A stretch of DNA of 55,508 nucleotides, taken from positions 1-55,508 of the forward strand of contig CAZYCX010000004.1 in the NCBI GenBank assembly GCA_964645875.1, given 5' to 3'. Of this stretch, positions 1 to 10,456 are shown piece after piece. The stretch is from an uncultured Acidimicrobiaceae bacterium. GTDB lineage: Bacteria > Actinomycetota > Acidimicrobiia > Spongiisociales > ZC4RG35. Each line of letters opens with the position of its first letter. The stretch's first letter is position 1. Below the pieces are notes generated by a model. That model was given only the letters and a program-made list of their open reading frames with translations, had not been told where the DNA came from and searched no databases. The position numbers were made by a program, and so were the translations under genes.

Positions 1-718
1 GAGTGCCCACCTCGACGATCTGGCCGTCGGACATGAACACCACCCGGTCGGCCACCGCCCGGGCGAAGCCCATCTCGTGGGTGACCACGATCATCGTCAT
101 GCCACCCTTGGCGAGCTCGACCATGACGTCGAGCACCTCCTTGATCATCTCCGGGTCGAGGGCGGAGGTCGGCTCGTCGAACAGCATCACCTTGGGCCTC
201 ATCGCCAGCGACCTGGCGATCGCCACCCTCTGCTGCTGGCCACCGGAGAGCTGGCCGGGATACTTGCGGGCCTGCTCGGGGATCTTGACCCGCTCCAACA
301 TCTCCATGGCGAGGGCATCGGCTTCCTTCTTGGGCAGACGCCGCACCTGACGGGGGGCGAGGGTGACGTTGTCGATCACCGTCAGATGAGGGAAGAGGTT
401 GAACTGCTGGAAGACCATTCCGGTCTCACGCCGGATCTCCTGGATGTTGCGAACGTCATCCGACAGCTCGATGCCGTCGACCGCGATCCTCCCGCGATCG
501 TGTTTCTCCAGTCGGTTGATGCACCGAATCAAGGTCGACTTTCCAGATCCTGAAGGGCCGATGACGACCACCACCTCCTGGAGACCGACGACCAGGTTGA
601 TGTCCTTGAGGGCCTGGAAGTCCCCGAAGTACTTGTCGACGTCGGTCGCCTCGATGAGCGCGGTTCCTTTGGCCTGAGTTGCGTCTGCGAAGGGCAGTGC
701 GGTCGATTCGCTGGTCAT
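1..718 (-). CDS. aapP: Amino-acid ABC transporter ATP-binding subunit (AapP-like), 3' end cut by the window edge
   Basis: Not in the ORF track; read manually from ATG at 718 ([18 protein letters not shown]...). Walker [49 protein letters not shown] overlap with the upstream permease stop. Confidence 0.9.
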   Translation of the reverse strand, partial: MTSESTALPFADATQAKGTALIEATDVDKYFGDFQALKDINLVVGLQEVVVVIGPSGSGKSTLIRCINRLEKHDRGRIAVDGIELSDDVRNIQEIRRETGMVFQQFNLFPHLTVIDNVTLAPRQVRRLPKKEADALAMEMLERVKIPEQARKYPGQLSGGQQQRVAIARSLAMRPKVMLFDEPTSALDPEMIKEVLDVMVELAKGGMTMIVVTHEMGFARAVADRVVFMSDGQIVEVGT

Positions 719-2106
719 GTGCTTCCCACTCTCAATCTACGTTCCAATCTCTGGCTCTCGCGTGACATAGCGTATGCGAACGCCCAGTAGCCGAGGGCCA
801 CGAAGACCAGCGTCTCGGCGTGGGCCACCGACCTGAAGTCGGCCTGGGCATGAACCAGCGACCTCACCCCGAGGAACTCGTTGATCGCCAGGATGTACAA
901 CAGCGAGGAGTCCTTGAAGATCGAGATGAACTGTCCCACCATCGCCGGGATCACCGACCGCAACGCCTGGGGCAGGATGATCAGCCGCATCGACTTGGCC
1001 GGTGAGAGCCCCAGTGCCTGGGCGGCTTCGGTCTGCCCGTAGGGAAGCCCCTGCAGCCCGCCCCTGACGATCTCGGCGACGTACGCCGCAGTGAACAGGG
1101 TCATGGCCGCGATCGCCCTCGAGATGCTGGAGAGGGTGGCGCCCGCGGGGAGCATGAAGCCGAGGATGAATTGGCCCATGAAGAGCAGGGTGATGAGAGG
1201 GACCCCACGTATCAGCTCGATGTATCCGGTGGCGATCATCCGCAGCGCGGGCAATGTCGATCTGCGGGCCAGGGCCAGCAGCAGGCCGAGGGGGAACGAG
1301 AGGATGATGGCCAGGGCCGACACCCACAGGGTGAGGTGGAGGCCCGACCACCGGTCCCACCCGACACCGGGCAGTTGGACGAAGGTGTAGATCCCGAAAA
1401 CCACCGCTCCGGCCACCGCCGCCAGGGCTGTCTTCGTGACGATTCTGGGCAACGGGGCCAGTCCCTCGAATCGCACCGACACCCAGACGCCGACGACGAC
1501 GACGACGGTCGCCGCCACCCAGCTTCGTCCCGTGGTCCCCGACACCACCTGGAACCCGGCGATGATCGAGAGGGCCATGAGCAGCCACCCCAGGTGACGC
1601 AGCCGGGCCGGCAGGAACCTGGCCAGGGAGCCCACCATGGAAGCTGCTACCGCTCCGACCACCACGAGCCAGGGAGTGGCGGTGCTCGCAAAGTAGAGGA
1701 GCACCAGCACAAAGCCGATCACCGGCCAGAACCGGCGTACCACCTGCAGCGGATGCTGCCGCGTGTACACCAACCCCGCCTCGCGCGCTCGGTCGGCCGC
1801 TGCCGCGACAGCCGTTGACGTCCCCAGACCGAGAGCCAACGCCATCAGCATGATCTGGGCGACGATGCGCCATTGCTCGTCCCGGGGGAAGGTGCCCTGC
1901 ATGAAGAGGGTCAGGTTGCGGGTGACCACCTCCCAGCGGCCATTGACCACGACGAACATGAACACCCGGTATCCGACGTAGAGGAGGACCGGCAGGAGGA
2001 GAAGGGTCACGATGCCGGAGCCGACATTGGGGAACAGCCGCTCTCTCACCCACTCCACCGGGGTGGTGGTCGAAGTCGGGGGCGGCCGGGTCTCGACGGC
2101 GGTCAT
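715..2106 (-). CDS. aapM: General L-amino acid ABC permease (AapM-like)
   Basis: Multi-TM; [43 protein letters not shown]. Confidence 0.9.
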   Translation of the reverse strand: MTAVETRPPPTSTTTPVEWVRERLFPNVGSGIVTLLLLPVLLYVGYRVFMFVVVNGRWEVVTRNLTLFMQGTFPRDEQWRIVAQIMLMALALGLGTSTAVAAAADRAREAGLVYTRQHPLQVVRRFWPVIGFVLVLLYFASTATPWLVVVGAVAASMVGSLARFLPARLRHLGWLLMALSIIAGFQVVSGTTGRSWVAATVVVVVGVWVSVRFEGLAPLPRIVTKTALAAVAGAVVFGIYTFVQLPGVGWDRWSGLHLTLWVSALAIILSFPLGLLLALARRSTLPALRMIATGYIELIRGVPLITLLFMGQFILGFMLPAGATLSSISRAIAAMTLFTAAYVAEIVRGGLQGLPYGQTEAAQALGLSPAKSMRLIILPQALRSVIPAMVGQFISIFKDSSLLYILAINEFLGVRSLVHAQADFRSVAHAETLVFVALGYWAFAYAMSRESQRLERRLRVGST

Positions 2107-3311
2107 CTCGCCACCAACTGCATCCGACGGTTGACCACGTTGAGGATCAGGGAGATGATCAACGAGAACGACAGGTACACCGCCATCAGGATCACGATCG
2201 ATGGCACGGCGGGCCGGCCGTTGCCGATCGAGGCCTGGGTGAGGTTGGTTATCTCGGAGTAGCCGACGGCGGCGGCCAGGGAGGTGTTCTTGACCAGGTT
2301 GAGCGCTTGGTTGATCAGCGGCGGCAGTGCGATCCGCAGCGCCTGGGGCATTATCACGAACCGATATCTCTGGAAGTTGTTAAGGGCCAATGCGTTGGCC
2401 GCCTCGGTCTGACCCTTGGAGACGGCGAGGATCGAGCCACGGACGATCTCGGCGATGTGACTGGCGGTGTAGAGCCCGAGGGCCCCGGCCACCGACATGA
2501 ACCCGGCGTTCATGGCGAAGCCGTCGACGATCCGCCTCCGGTTCTCGCCCAGGGTGGGCCAGGTGATCCGAATCGGCTCCCCGAGAACCACGTAGCCCAC
2601 GAGGAGGATCCCGGTGAGCACCCCCATGGACCACAACACCCGATGATGAGGCTCCCCCGTATCCAGATTGACCTTCGTGCGCCAGCGCCAGGCCACGACC
2701 GCGGCCACCAGCCCGATCAGGGCGACCACTCCGAACAGGGCCAGGTCGCCGTTGTCGGCGAGGCTGGGGACGCCCCACTCCTCGTTGCTCAATGTGAGCA
2801 GGTTGTTCGCAGATCCGGGGAGACCCACTTCGATGGACCCCCTCAGGTTGGGGAGGGGCCCATAGAGAAAGACCGCGAAGGCGAAGAAGACGATGACGAC
2901 GAGCGGTGGGATGTTGCGGAAGAACTCCACGTAGACCGATGCGATACGGGCGGCGATCCAGTTCTGGGAGAGTCTGGAGATGCCGACCACCAGGCCGACC
3001 ACCGCGGCGAGGGCGATGCCGAACACGCTGGCGAGGAGGGTGTTCTTGATGCCCACCAGAACCATCTGGTAGACCGGGGAGCGAGGGTCGAACTCGCCGT
3101 GATAGGGGATCTGGAATTGGGTGGGACGGGTGAGGAAGCCGAAGTCGAGCCCGATCCCGGTTCGTCGGCTGTTGTCGACCAGGTTGCCGAACAGCCAGCG
3201 GAGCAGCAGGAACACCAGGACCACCGCGACCACCTGGCCCACGACCCGGATCACCCGAACATCGCGCCAGAAGGGGGGGCGAACTCGCTGTTCGGTTTTA
3301 GGGGTGGTCAC
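2103..3311 (-). CDS. aapQ: General L-amino acid ABC permease (AapQ-like)
   Basis: YVEFFRNIPPL, AEIVRGSILAVSKGQTEAA, LNLVKNTSLAAAVGY; the N-terminal PPFWRD motif is typical of AapQ/BztB. Confidence 0.9.
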   Translation of the reverse strand: MTTPKTEQRVRPPFWRDVRVIRVVGQVVAVVLVFLLLRWLFGNLVDNSRRTGIGLDFGFLTRPTQFQIPYHGEFDPRSPVYQMVLVGIKNTLLASVFGIALAAVVGLVVGISRLSQNWIAARIASVYVEFFRNIPPLVVIVFFAFAVFLYGPLPNLRGSIEVGLPGSANNLLTLSNEEWGVPSLADNGDLALFGVVALIGLVAAVVAWRWRTKVNLDTGEPHHRVLWSMGVLTGILLVGYVVLGEPIRITWPTLGENRRRIVDGFAMNAGFMSVAGALGLYTASHIAEIVRGSILAVSKGQTEAANALALNNFQRYRFVIMPQALRIALPPLINQALNLVKNTSLAAAVGYSEITNLTQASIGNGRPAVPSIVILMAVYLSFSLIISLILNVVNRRMQLVAR

Positions 3312-3337
3312 TCTGCTGGTGAGCTGGTTGGAGTGAG

Positions 3338-3366
3338 GAGGGCGCTCCCGGGTCGGGAGCGCCCTC
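3338..3366 (-). terminator. Intercistronic 13-bp stem hairpin after the binding-protein gene
   Basis: gagggcgctcccg-ggt-cgggagcgccctc, a perfect inverted repeat with no U-tract. Confidence 0.6.
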
Positions 3367-3378
3367 GATCATCGTTGG

Positions 3379-4476
3379 TTAACGGTACGGGGGCACGTAC
3401 ATGAGCCCACCGTTGGTCCAGAGGTCGTTGGGGCTGCCTTCCAACTGGAGACCGATCGGAACGATGTGACGCTCGAACATCTCCTCGTAGTTGCCCACCG
3501 CCTCGACGATGGTCACGTTCATGTCGGAAGCGAGTCCCAGACCCGGGTCGAACCCATCGGCGCCGACGAAGTTCAGGATGTTGGGGTCGTCACCGTCGTA
3601 CGAACCGATGTCGTCCGACGTGAGACCGAACTCCCAGGCCTGAACGGTCGCCATCACGGACCACTCCACGGCCTGCGCCCAGGCGGAGTCGCCGTCGGGC
3701 ACTGCCGGGCCGAGAGGCTCCTTGGAGATGATGTCGGCCATGATGAACTGCTCTTCACCACCGGCCTCCTCGATCGTCGCTTTGAAGGCGGCGAGCTGGC
3801 TGGCGTCGGAGGTCCAGGCCTCACACTGACCACTCTCGTATGCCGGCTGCAGCTGCTCGTTGTCGGCGAACACCGACGGGTTGAACGGGATGCCGCGGGC
3901 GTTGAACACCGCGGTCAGGTTCAGCTCGGTGGTGGTGCCGGAGAGCACGCAGATGGTGGCATCGGCCAGGTCCTCGAGCTCGGTGAACCCGGTCGAGGCA
4001 GGGACCATCATCCCCTGGCCGTCGAAGAACGTGGTGAACAGGAAGGTGGCGCCTTCCTGACCGTCACGAGTGGCCGTCCAGGTGGTGTTGCGGATCAGAA
4101 CGTCGATCTCGCCTCCCTGGAGAGCAGTGAAGCGGGCATCGGCCGTGAGTGGCACGAACTCGACCGCGTCGGGATCCCCGAGCACACCGGCGGCCACGGC
4201 ACGACAGAAGTCGACGTCGAAGCCGGAGTACTCACCGTCCGCGTCGACGATCCCGAAGCCGGGAAGCACGTCGTTGACACCACAGCGAACGGTGCCCCGG
4301 TCGAGCACCGCGTCGAGGATGGCGCCGGAAGTGTCACCGTCGGTCCCGGTGTCGCCGTTGTCGGGGGCAGTCGTGTCCGGTGCCGCGGTGGTGTCCGTCC
4401 CGTCATCCCCGGTGGTACAGGCGGCGAACACCATCGTCAGTACGGCAAACACTGCAACTATTTTGATTTTCTTCAT
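3379..4476 (-). CDS. aapJ: General L-amino acid ABC substrate-binding lipoprotein (AapJ-like)
   Basis: Start moved to MKKIKIVAV (SD GGAGG upstream); lipobox VFAAC; GFDVDFCRAVAA, LIRNTTWTATRD, ISKEPLGP, LWTNGGLMYVPP. Confidence 0.92.
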   Translation of the reverse strand: MKKIKIVAVFAVLTMVFAACTTGDDGTDTTAAPDTTAPDNGDTGTDGDTSGAILDAVLDRGTVRCGVNDVLPGFGIVDADGEYSGFDVDFCRAVAAGVLGDPDAVEFVPLTADARFTALQGGEIDVLIRNTTWTATRDGQEGATFLFTTFFDGQGMMVPASTGFTELEDLADATICVLSGTTTELNLTAVFNARGIPFNPSVFADNEQLQPAYESGQCEAWTSDASQLAAFKATIEEAGGEEQFIMADIISKEPLGPAVPDGDSAWAQAVEWSVMATVQAWEFGLTSDDIGSYDGDDPNILNFVGADGFDPGLGLASDMNVTIVEAVGNYEEMFERHIVPIGLQLEGSPNDLWTNGGLMYVPPYR

Positions 4477-4580
4477 TCGTCCTCCATCGATCTTGGGTAC
4501 ACGTGGACCGAGTCCACGTGCGTAGCGAGCGACCCTAGCCCAGGACGACACTCATGTGCGCCCGCGAAACCCAAACCGCC

Positions 4581-5318
4581 CTACTTGGCCGTCACCATAC
4601 GGAGGAAACGACGGGCCCGCTCGGTCTTGGGCTCTTGGAGTACCTCGGAGGGTTTGCCCTCCTCGACGACCACCCCGTCGTCCATGAACACCACCCGGTC
4701 TGCCACCTCCATGGCGAATCCCATCTCATGAGTCACCACCATCATCGTCATCCCCTCCTTGGCCAACTTCCTCATGACGTCGAGCACCTCTCCCACCAGC
4801 TCCGGGTCGAGAGCAGAGGTCGGCTCGTCGAACATCATCATGTCCGGGTTCATGGCAAGGGCTCGGGCGATGGCCACCCGTTGCTGCTGGCCACCGGAGA
4901 GCCGGATCGGGTACTCGTCGATTTTGTCGAGGAGACCGACACGCTCCAAGACGTCGTGTGCGATCCGGGCCGCCTCCTCCTTGCTCCGCTTCAACACCTT
5001 GGTCTGGGCGATGGTGAGGTTGTCCATCACGTCGAGATGCGGGAAGAGGTTGAACTGCTGGAACACCATGCCGATCTTGGTTCGCAGCGCATCGACATCG
5101 GCATCAAGGTCGGTGATGTCCTCACCTTCGATGAGGATCGTCCCCGACGTCGGTTCTTCGAGCCGGTTGACACACCGGAGGAGCGTCGACTTGCCGGAGC
5201 CTGATGGGCCGATGACACATACCACCTCTCCCTCGTTGACGTGGAAGTCGATGCCCTTGAGGACCTCGAGATCGCCGAAGTACTTGTGCAACTCGCGGAT
5301 CTCGATGACGGCAGTCAC
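4581..5318 (-). CDS. Polar amino acid ABC ATP-binding protein (GlnQ family)
   Basis: [28 protein letters not shown]; GTG start overlaps the permease stop (GTGA). Confidence 0.92.
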   Translation of the reverse strand: MTAVIEIRELHKYFGDLEVLKGIDFHVNEGEVVCVIGPSGSGKSTLLRCVNRLEEPTSGTILIEGEDITDLDADVDALRTKIGMVFQQFNLFPHLDVMDNLTIAQTKVLKRSKEEAARIAHDVLERVGLLDKIDEYPIRLSGGQQQRVAIARALAMNPDMMMFDEPTSALDPELVGEVLDVMRKLAKEGMTMMVVTHEMGFAMEVADRVVFMDDGVVVEEGKPSEVLQEPKTERARRFLRMVTAK

Positions 5319-6106
5319 CTTGACACCGCCGCTTTCTTCTCCAGCCGGCGCACCAGCCATGTCAATGGGAGGGTGATGGCGAGATAGACCAGTGCCGCCA
5401 CCGTCAGCGGCGTCGCATTCCGGATCTCGACCATGAAGTCACGGGCGAACTTGGTCAGCTCCTTGGTCAGTGGCGTGGTTCCCAGCACGAAGAAGAGTGA
5501 GGTGTCCTTGATGAGGAGCACCATCTCGTTGGTGAGCGGCGGGATGATGATGCGGAATGCCTGGGGAAGGACGATGGTGTACATGGTCCGGTTCTGGGAC
5601 ATCCCCAGCGATCGAGCCGCCTCGGACTGGCCCCGGGGCACCGCCTCGATGCCGGCCCTGATGGTCTCAGCCATGTAGGCCGCGGCGACTATGGAGAGAC
5701 CGAGGACACCGGCCCCGACCCGTCCACCTGGCATCCGGAAGTCGAAGGCGATGGGGATCCCGAACCCGATCAGGATCAGTGTGATCAGAGCAGGCAAACC
5801 CCGGAACAATTCGATGTAGCCGATGGCGAATGCCCGGTATGGAGCGATAGTCGACAGCTTCATCAGCGCCAACACGAGCGCTCCGACCAGACCGATCGCG
5901 AATGACATCAGTGTGTAGAGGATCGTGTTTCGGGCGGCGATGGTGAGTACCTCGGGGAACATGCGGCCCATCACCTCGAGGTTGAAGAAGTTGAAGCCGA
6001 TTCGGTCCCAATCCCCGACCAACACCGCGAGCCCCACGACGGCCGCGGCGATGGCGTACATAACCCATCTGAAGAGACGCTGGCGCTGGCGCGGTTTCAT
6101 TGCCAT
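5315..6106 (-). CDS. Polar amino acid ABC permease (HisM/GlnP family)
   Basis: [44 protein letters not shown]. Confidence 0.92.
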   Translation of the reverse strand: MAMKPRQRQRLFRWVMYAIAAAVVGLAVLVGDWDRIGFNFFNLEVMGRMFPEVLTIAARNTILYTLMSFAIGLVGALVLALMKLSTIAPYRAFAIGYIELFRGLPALITLILIGFGIPIAFDFRMPGGRVGAGVLGLSIVAAAYMAETIRAGIEAVPRGQSEAARSLGMSQNRTMYTIVLPQAFRIIIPPLTNEMVLLIKDTSLFFVLGTTPLTKELTKFARDFMVEIRNATPLTVAALVYLAITLPLTWLVRRLEKKAAVSR

Positions 6107-6109
6107 CGA

Positions 6110-6140
6110 AGAAGGGGCGACCTTACCGGTCGCCCCTTCT
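6110..6140 (-). terminator. Intercistronic 13-bp stem hairpin between binding protein and permease
   Basis: agaaggggcgacc-ttacc-ggtcgccccttct. Confidence 0.6.
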
Positions 6141-6162
6141 CCGTGTAGTGCGCGCTCGGGGT

Positions 6163-6951
6163 CTACGTCTCAGGGAACCAATTGTTGAAGATCTCGTCGT
6201 AAGTCCCGTCCTCGCGGAACTTGGCCAGAGTGTCATTTATCGCTGCCAGGAGATTGGGACTGTCCTTGGTGGCCAGCCCGTACTCCTCGTCGGTGTCGTA
6301 GGTCTCCACGACCGCGACGGTGTCGTCGTTGTCGGCGACATCCTGCTGGGGGACGAGGTCGAAGATCACCCCGTCGACCTCACCGGCGTCGAGGGCCAGA
6401 TATGGCCCGGCAGCGTCCTCGAAGGAGACGATCTCGACTCCCTCTCCTTCCCAGTTCTCCTGCGCGTAGATCTCGCCGGTGGTGCCGGTCTGAGCGGCGA
6501 CGTTCTCCAGGTCCTCCCATGTGGAGATCCCAGAGTCGACCTTGACCAACAGGGCCTGCTCTCCGGTGAAGTAGGGGTCGGAGAAGTCGATGTTCTCCGC
6601 ACGCTCCGGCAGGATCGTGATCGAGGCCGCCGCGATGTCACACTGGCCGTCCTGGAAGGCGAGACCACCGGTGATCGCATCCCAGCCGGGCGTCGCCACG
6701 GTTGGCTCGAGACCCAGCTCCTCGGCGATAGCCGCCGACAACTCGATGTCGAACCCGTCGTAACCGAGCTCGCTGTCCGAGTCTTCGAACTCCATGGGAG
6801 CGAAGGGGACGTCAGTGCAGATGGTGAGAGTTCCGGGGGTGACCAGCTCCAGATCGTCGGGGTCGACAGTGGCCTCGTCACCGTTACCGCACGCGGCGAG
6901 AACGAGGGCGAGCACTGCGAGTACCGACAGAGCACGTGTCTTTGACTTCAT
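6163..6951 (-). CDS. Polar amino acid ABC substrate-binding lipoprotein (SBP_bac_3)
   Basis: Start at MKSKTR (GGAGG 8 nt upstream); lipobox VLAAC; PFAPMEF, GFDIEL, DFSDPYF, QTGTTG, DGTYDEIFNNWF. Confidence 0.9.
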   Translation of the reverse strand: MKSKTRALSVLAVLALVLAACGNGDEATVDPDDLELVTPGTLTICTDVPFAPMEFEDSDSELGYDGFDIELSAAIAEELGLEPTVATPGWDAITGGLAFQDGQCDIAAASITILPERAENIDFSDPYFTGEQALLVKVDSGISTWEDLENVAAQTGTTGEIYAQENWEGEGVEIVSFEDAAGPYLALDAGEVDGVIFDLVPQQDVADNDDTVAVVETYDTDEEYGLATKDSPNLLAAINDTLAKFREDGTYDEIFNNWFPET

Positions 6952-7092
6952 TCGCATTTCCTCCAGTTGATGACAGGCCGGGGCCTGTGAGACCAAGAGC
7001 GTATCCAATGCTCGCCCAGACGGCCACACGTCATCGAGGCGGCGGCGGGACAGTATGCTCCCCGGCTCCTAGTCGATCTGGAGGGATCGGTC

Positions 7093-7980
7093 ATGAAAGA
7101 GATTCGTCGGACCAAGTTCCTCGCCCTCCTCGCGGTGCTTTCACTGGCACTGGCGGCATGTGGTGACGATGGCTCCGAAGCCACGACGACCACATCCGAT
7201 GAGGCGGACTCGTGCGCGGTCGAGAGCCTGAATATGGTCAACCCCGGTCAACTCACGGTGGCCACCGGAGAGCCGGTGTTCCCCCCTTGGATGGGCGTCG
7301 GGGACGACAATTTCGACGTGCCGGAGTCAGGCACCGGGTTCGAGGGTGCCCTCGTCTATGAGCTCGCCGCCGAAATGGGGTTCTCCGACGACCAGGTGAC
7401 CTTCGTCCGTACCGGGTTCGACGAGTCCATCGCACCAGGACCGAAAGACTGGGACTTCAACATCCAGCAGTATTCGATCACCGCCGAGCGGGACGAGGTC
7501 GTCGACTTCAGCGATCCCTACTACGAGACCCAACAGGCCCTAGTCACCTTCCCAGACTCCCCTTATGCCGAGCCATCCTCCATCGATGACCTCGAGGGCG
7601 CTGTGCTCGGTGCCGCGATCGGGACCACCAGCCTCGACTTCGTCGAGGACGTGATCCAACCTGACACCGCACCCAGCGTCTACGACGAAAACGTCGACGT
7701 CGAAGCGGCGATGAACGCCGGGCAGATCGATGGCTTGGTGGTCGATTTGCCGACGGCGTACTTCATCACAGCGGTCCAGGTGGAGGGGTCGATCATCGCC
7801 GGCGTCTTCGAAGCGCAAGCCGAATCACCGGATGAGTTCGGTCTCCTCTTCGAGGAAGGCAACCCTCTGGTCTCATGCGTGAACCAAGCCCTGGCCACCC
7901 TCAGAGACGACGGGACCCTCGCCGCATTGGAGGAGGAGTGGCTCACCCAGGAGGGGGACATCCCGGAGATCGGTGGGTAG
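7093..7980 (+). CDS. Polar amino acid ABC substrate-binding lipoprotein
   Basis: SD GGAGG; lipobox ALAAC; PVFPPW, QQYSITAERDEVVDFSDPYY, GTTS. Confidence 0.9.
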   Translation: MKEIRRTKFLALLAVLSLALAACGDDGSEATTTTSDEADSCAVESLNMVNPGQLTVATGEPVFPPWMGVGDDNFDVPESGTGFEGALVYELAAEMGFSDDQVTFVRTGFDESIAPGPKDWDFNIQQYSITAERDEVVDFSDPYYETQQALVTFPDSPYAEPSSIDDLEGAVLGAAIGTTSLDFVEDVIQPDTAPSVYDENVDVEAAMNAGQIDGLVVDLPTAYFITAVQVEGSIIAGVFEAQAESPDEFGLLFEEGNPLVSCVNQALATLRDDGTLAALEEEWLTQEGDIPEIGG

Positions 7981-8037
7981 TAGTCGTCGTTTCTCCGAGC
8001 AGTACGGTTGTGCCCCGGTTCGGGTGAAGGCCGGGGC

Positions 8038-8907
8038 GTGACCGGCCCGCCTGACGACATCCGGGGCCCAAGCCTCTGGACCTCGATCCGACGACCCCGC
8101 CGCCGCCGCGAGGAGGGCGCTCGTGCCGCCGTCATCGCCGCGATATCCACGGTGGCGGTCCTCGGGCTGATCCTGTGGTGGGTGCTCTCGTCCGAGGCCT
8201 GGCCCGAGGTCCAGCGGCAATTCTTCAATCCCAGCCATTTCGTGGCGGCCTGGCCTGCCGTGCTCGGCGGCTTCTGGCTCAACATCCAGATGTTCGCCGT
8301 CGCGGAGGTGTTGATCCTGATCGCCGCCCTGATCCTCGCCATGATCCGCGCCCTGCGCGGCCCGGCCTTTTTCCCGCTTCGCGCTCTGGTGATCGGGTTC
8401 ATCGACCTGATCAGGGGAATTCCCATCATCCTGCTGATCCTGCTCCTTGGATTCGGCGTGCCTGCCCTCCAACTGCCGGGAGTGCCCAACAGTCCACTCT
8501 TCTGGGGTGTGGCGGCGCTGGTGATCAGCTATAGCGCTTACACCGCCGAGGTCTACCGGGCCGGGATCGAGTCGGTGCACGAGAGCCAGCGAATGGCGGG
8601 GCGGTCGCTCGGGCTCACCCAGGTGCAGTCTCTCCGCTACGTCACGGTGCCCCAAGCCATCCGCAACGTCATCCCGGCCCTACTCAACGGGTTCGTCAGT
8701 CTGCAGAAGGATGTTGCGCTCGTCTTCGTCCTCGGGATCCGGGAAGCGGTCAGGGAAGCTCAGATCTACAACGCCCGCACCTTCAACTACACGGCTTACG
8801 TGGCCGCGGCAGTGTTGTTCCTGGTGGCGAGTGTCCCGGTGGCCCGTTTCGCCGACTGGTACACCGAGCGGATACGGCGACGCCGACAGGGTGTGGGGGG
8901 CGTATGA
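8038..8907 (+). CDS. Polar amino acid ABC permease
   Basis: FIDLIRGIP, AYTAEVYRAGIESV, VPQAIRNVIPALLN. The GTG start at 8038 is approximate. Confidence 0.88.
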   Translation: MTGPPDDIRGPSLWTSIRRPRRRREEGARAAVIAAISTVAVLGLILWWVLSSEAWPEVQRQFFNPSHFVAAWPAVLGGFWLNIQMFAVAEVLILIAALILAMIRALRGPAFFPLRALVIGFIDLIRGIPIILLILLLGFGVPALQLPGVPNSPLFWGVAALVISYSAYTAEVYRAGIESVHESQRMAGRSLGLTQVQSLRYVTVPQAIRNVIPALLNGFVSLQKDVALVFVLGIREAVREAQIYNARTFNYTAYVAAAVLFLVASVPVARFADWYTERIRRRRQGVGGV

Positions 8908-9650
8908 CGGCGAAAGTGGAGGTGAGGGGGCTGGTCAAGTCGTACGAGGGCAAGGTGGTGCTCCGGAACGTCGATCTGGAGGTGGCCCCACACGAGGTGG
9001 TCTGTCTCATCGGCTCCTCGGGATCCGGCAAGTCGACACTGCTCAAGTGCATCAACCTCCTGGTGCCGATCGACGAGGGGGACATACTCCTCGATGGCGC
9101 CTCTATCACCGACCCGATGGTCAATCCCAACGTCGTCAGGCAGAAGATGGGCATCGTGTTCCAGGCGTTCAACCTCTTCCCGCACATGACGGTCCGACAG
9201 AACATCATCCTGAGCCCCGCGAAGGTCCACGGGATCTCCAAACGCGAAGCCGATCAGCGGGCGCGAGAACTCCTCGAGCGGTTCGGTCTGGCCGAGAAGA
9301 TCGACGAGTACCCGGACCGACTCTCCGGCGGCCAACAGCAGCGAGTCGCCATCATGCGGGCCCTGGCCACCCGGCCCGAGCTGATGCTGTTCGACGAGGT
9401 CACCTCGGCGCTCGACCCAGAGCTGGTCGCCGAGGTCTTGAACGTGATCCGGGGGCTCAAGGACGAGGGGATGACCATGGTCATCGCCACCCATGAGATG
9501 GGATTTGCCCGTGACGTGGCCGACAAGGTGTGCTTCCTCGACGATGGCGTGTTCCTGGAGACAGGCACTCCCGCGCAGATCTTCGAGGCTCCGTCCGAGC
9601 CGCGCACCAGGCAGTTCCTGCAGCGGATCGTCGACGCCGGTCGGCTTTGA
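8904..9650 (+). CDS. Polar amino acid ABC ATP-binding protein
   Basis: [28 protein letters not shown]; ATGA overlap. Confidence 0.92.
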   Translation: MTAKVEVRGLVKSYEGKVVLRNVDLEVAPHEVVCLIGSSGSGKSTLLKCINLLVPIDEGDILLDGASITDPMVNPNVVRQKMGIVFQAFNLFPHMTVRQNIILSPAKVHGISKREADQRARELLERFGLAEKIDEYPDRLSGGQQQRVAIMRALATRPELMLFDEVTSALDPELVAEVLNVIRGLKDEGMTMVIATHEMGFARDVADKVCFLDDGVFLETGTPAQIFEAPSEPRTRQFLQRIVDAGRL

Positions 9651-10402
9651 GGACGAGCGCCGACCCCGCCGAACTGGCCGAGCTGTTCGCCGCCGACCGA
9701 GACACGCATCTCTACGGGTTGGCCGACCTCGAGGAGCCGTTCTGGTCGAACAGCACCTGGTACCGGGATGGACTCGCGGTCGTCGGCGTCGTCTCGGTAG
9801 GAGATCGCTGGGTCACCGGATACGCGATGTCGCGGGTCGCCCCCGATGAGACCCTGGAGCTGCTGGCTGAGATCCACGATGAGATCCCGTCTGGCACCTG
9901 GGTCACCGGGCCCATCGGGATGTTCGAGGCGATGTCGCCTGTGCGACCCGCGAGAGACATCGGGGCCCACTGGCGGATGATCCTCGATGAGCCAGTCGAC
10001 GTCGCCGGATCGACGCAAGCACTCCCGCTCGGTCCCGACGATCTCGACGCCCTGGTCGACCTGCACGCCTCCGACCAGGGCCGGGCGTTCTTCCTGCCGG
10101 CGATGCTCGCAGGCAACCCTTTCGTGGGGATCTGGGACGACGGCCGGCTGGTCGCCTCAGCGGGAACCCACGTGGCCAGTCTGCGACATGGTGTGGCCGC
10201 GGTGGGCGCGGTCATCACCCGGCCCTCACATCGCGGCCAGGGTCTGGGAACAAGGGTCACCGCCGCCCTCTGCCGGATGCTCGCCGACGACTACGAGACC
10301 GTCGGGCTCAACGTGGAGATCGGCAACGCGCCGGCACTGCGTCTCTACGACCGTCTCGGCTTCCGCCGCGTCTTCCAATACGAGGAAATCCAACTCCTCT
10401 GA
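9647..10402 (+). CDS. GNAT family N-acetyltransferase (FR47-like C-terminal domain)
   Basis: Acetyl-CoA motif VITRPSHRGQGLG, then NAPALRLYDRLGF; TTG start overlaps the upstream stop (TTGA). Confidence 0.85.
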   Translation: MRTSADPAELAELFAADRDTHLYGLADLEEPFWSNSTWYRDGLAVVGVVSVGDRWVTGYAMSRVAPDETLELLAEIHDEIPSGTWVTGPIGMFEAMSPVRPARDIGAHWRMILDEPVDVAGSTQALPLGPDDLDALVDLHASDQGRAFFLPAMLAGNPFVGIWDDGRLVASAGTHVASLRHGVAAVGAVITRPSHRGQGLGTRVTAALCRMLADDYETVGLNVEIGNAPALRLYDRLGFRRVFQYEEIQLL

Positions 10403-10403
10403 C

Positions 10404-10456
10404 CCGTTCTGTGAACGGAGCGCGAGAATTATTCTCCGCTGGCGTTCACAGAACGG
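10404..10456. repeat. 53-bp palindromic element, copy 1 (REP-like)
   Basis: ccgttctgtgaacg...cgttcacagaacgg with central gagaat-t-attctc; lies between convergent genes. Confidence 0.8.
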
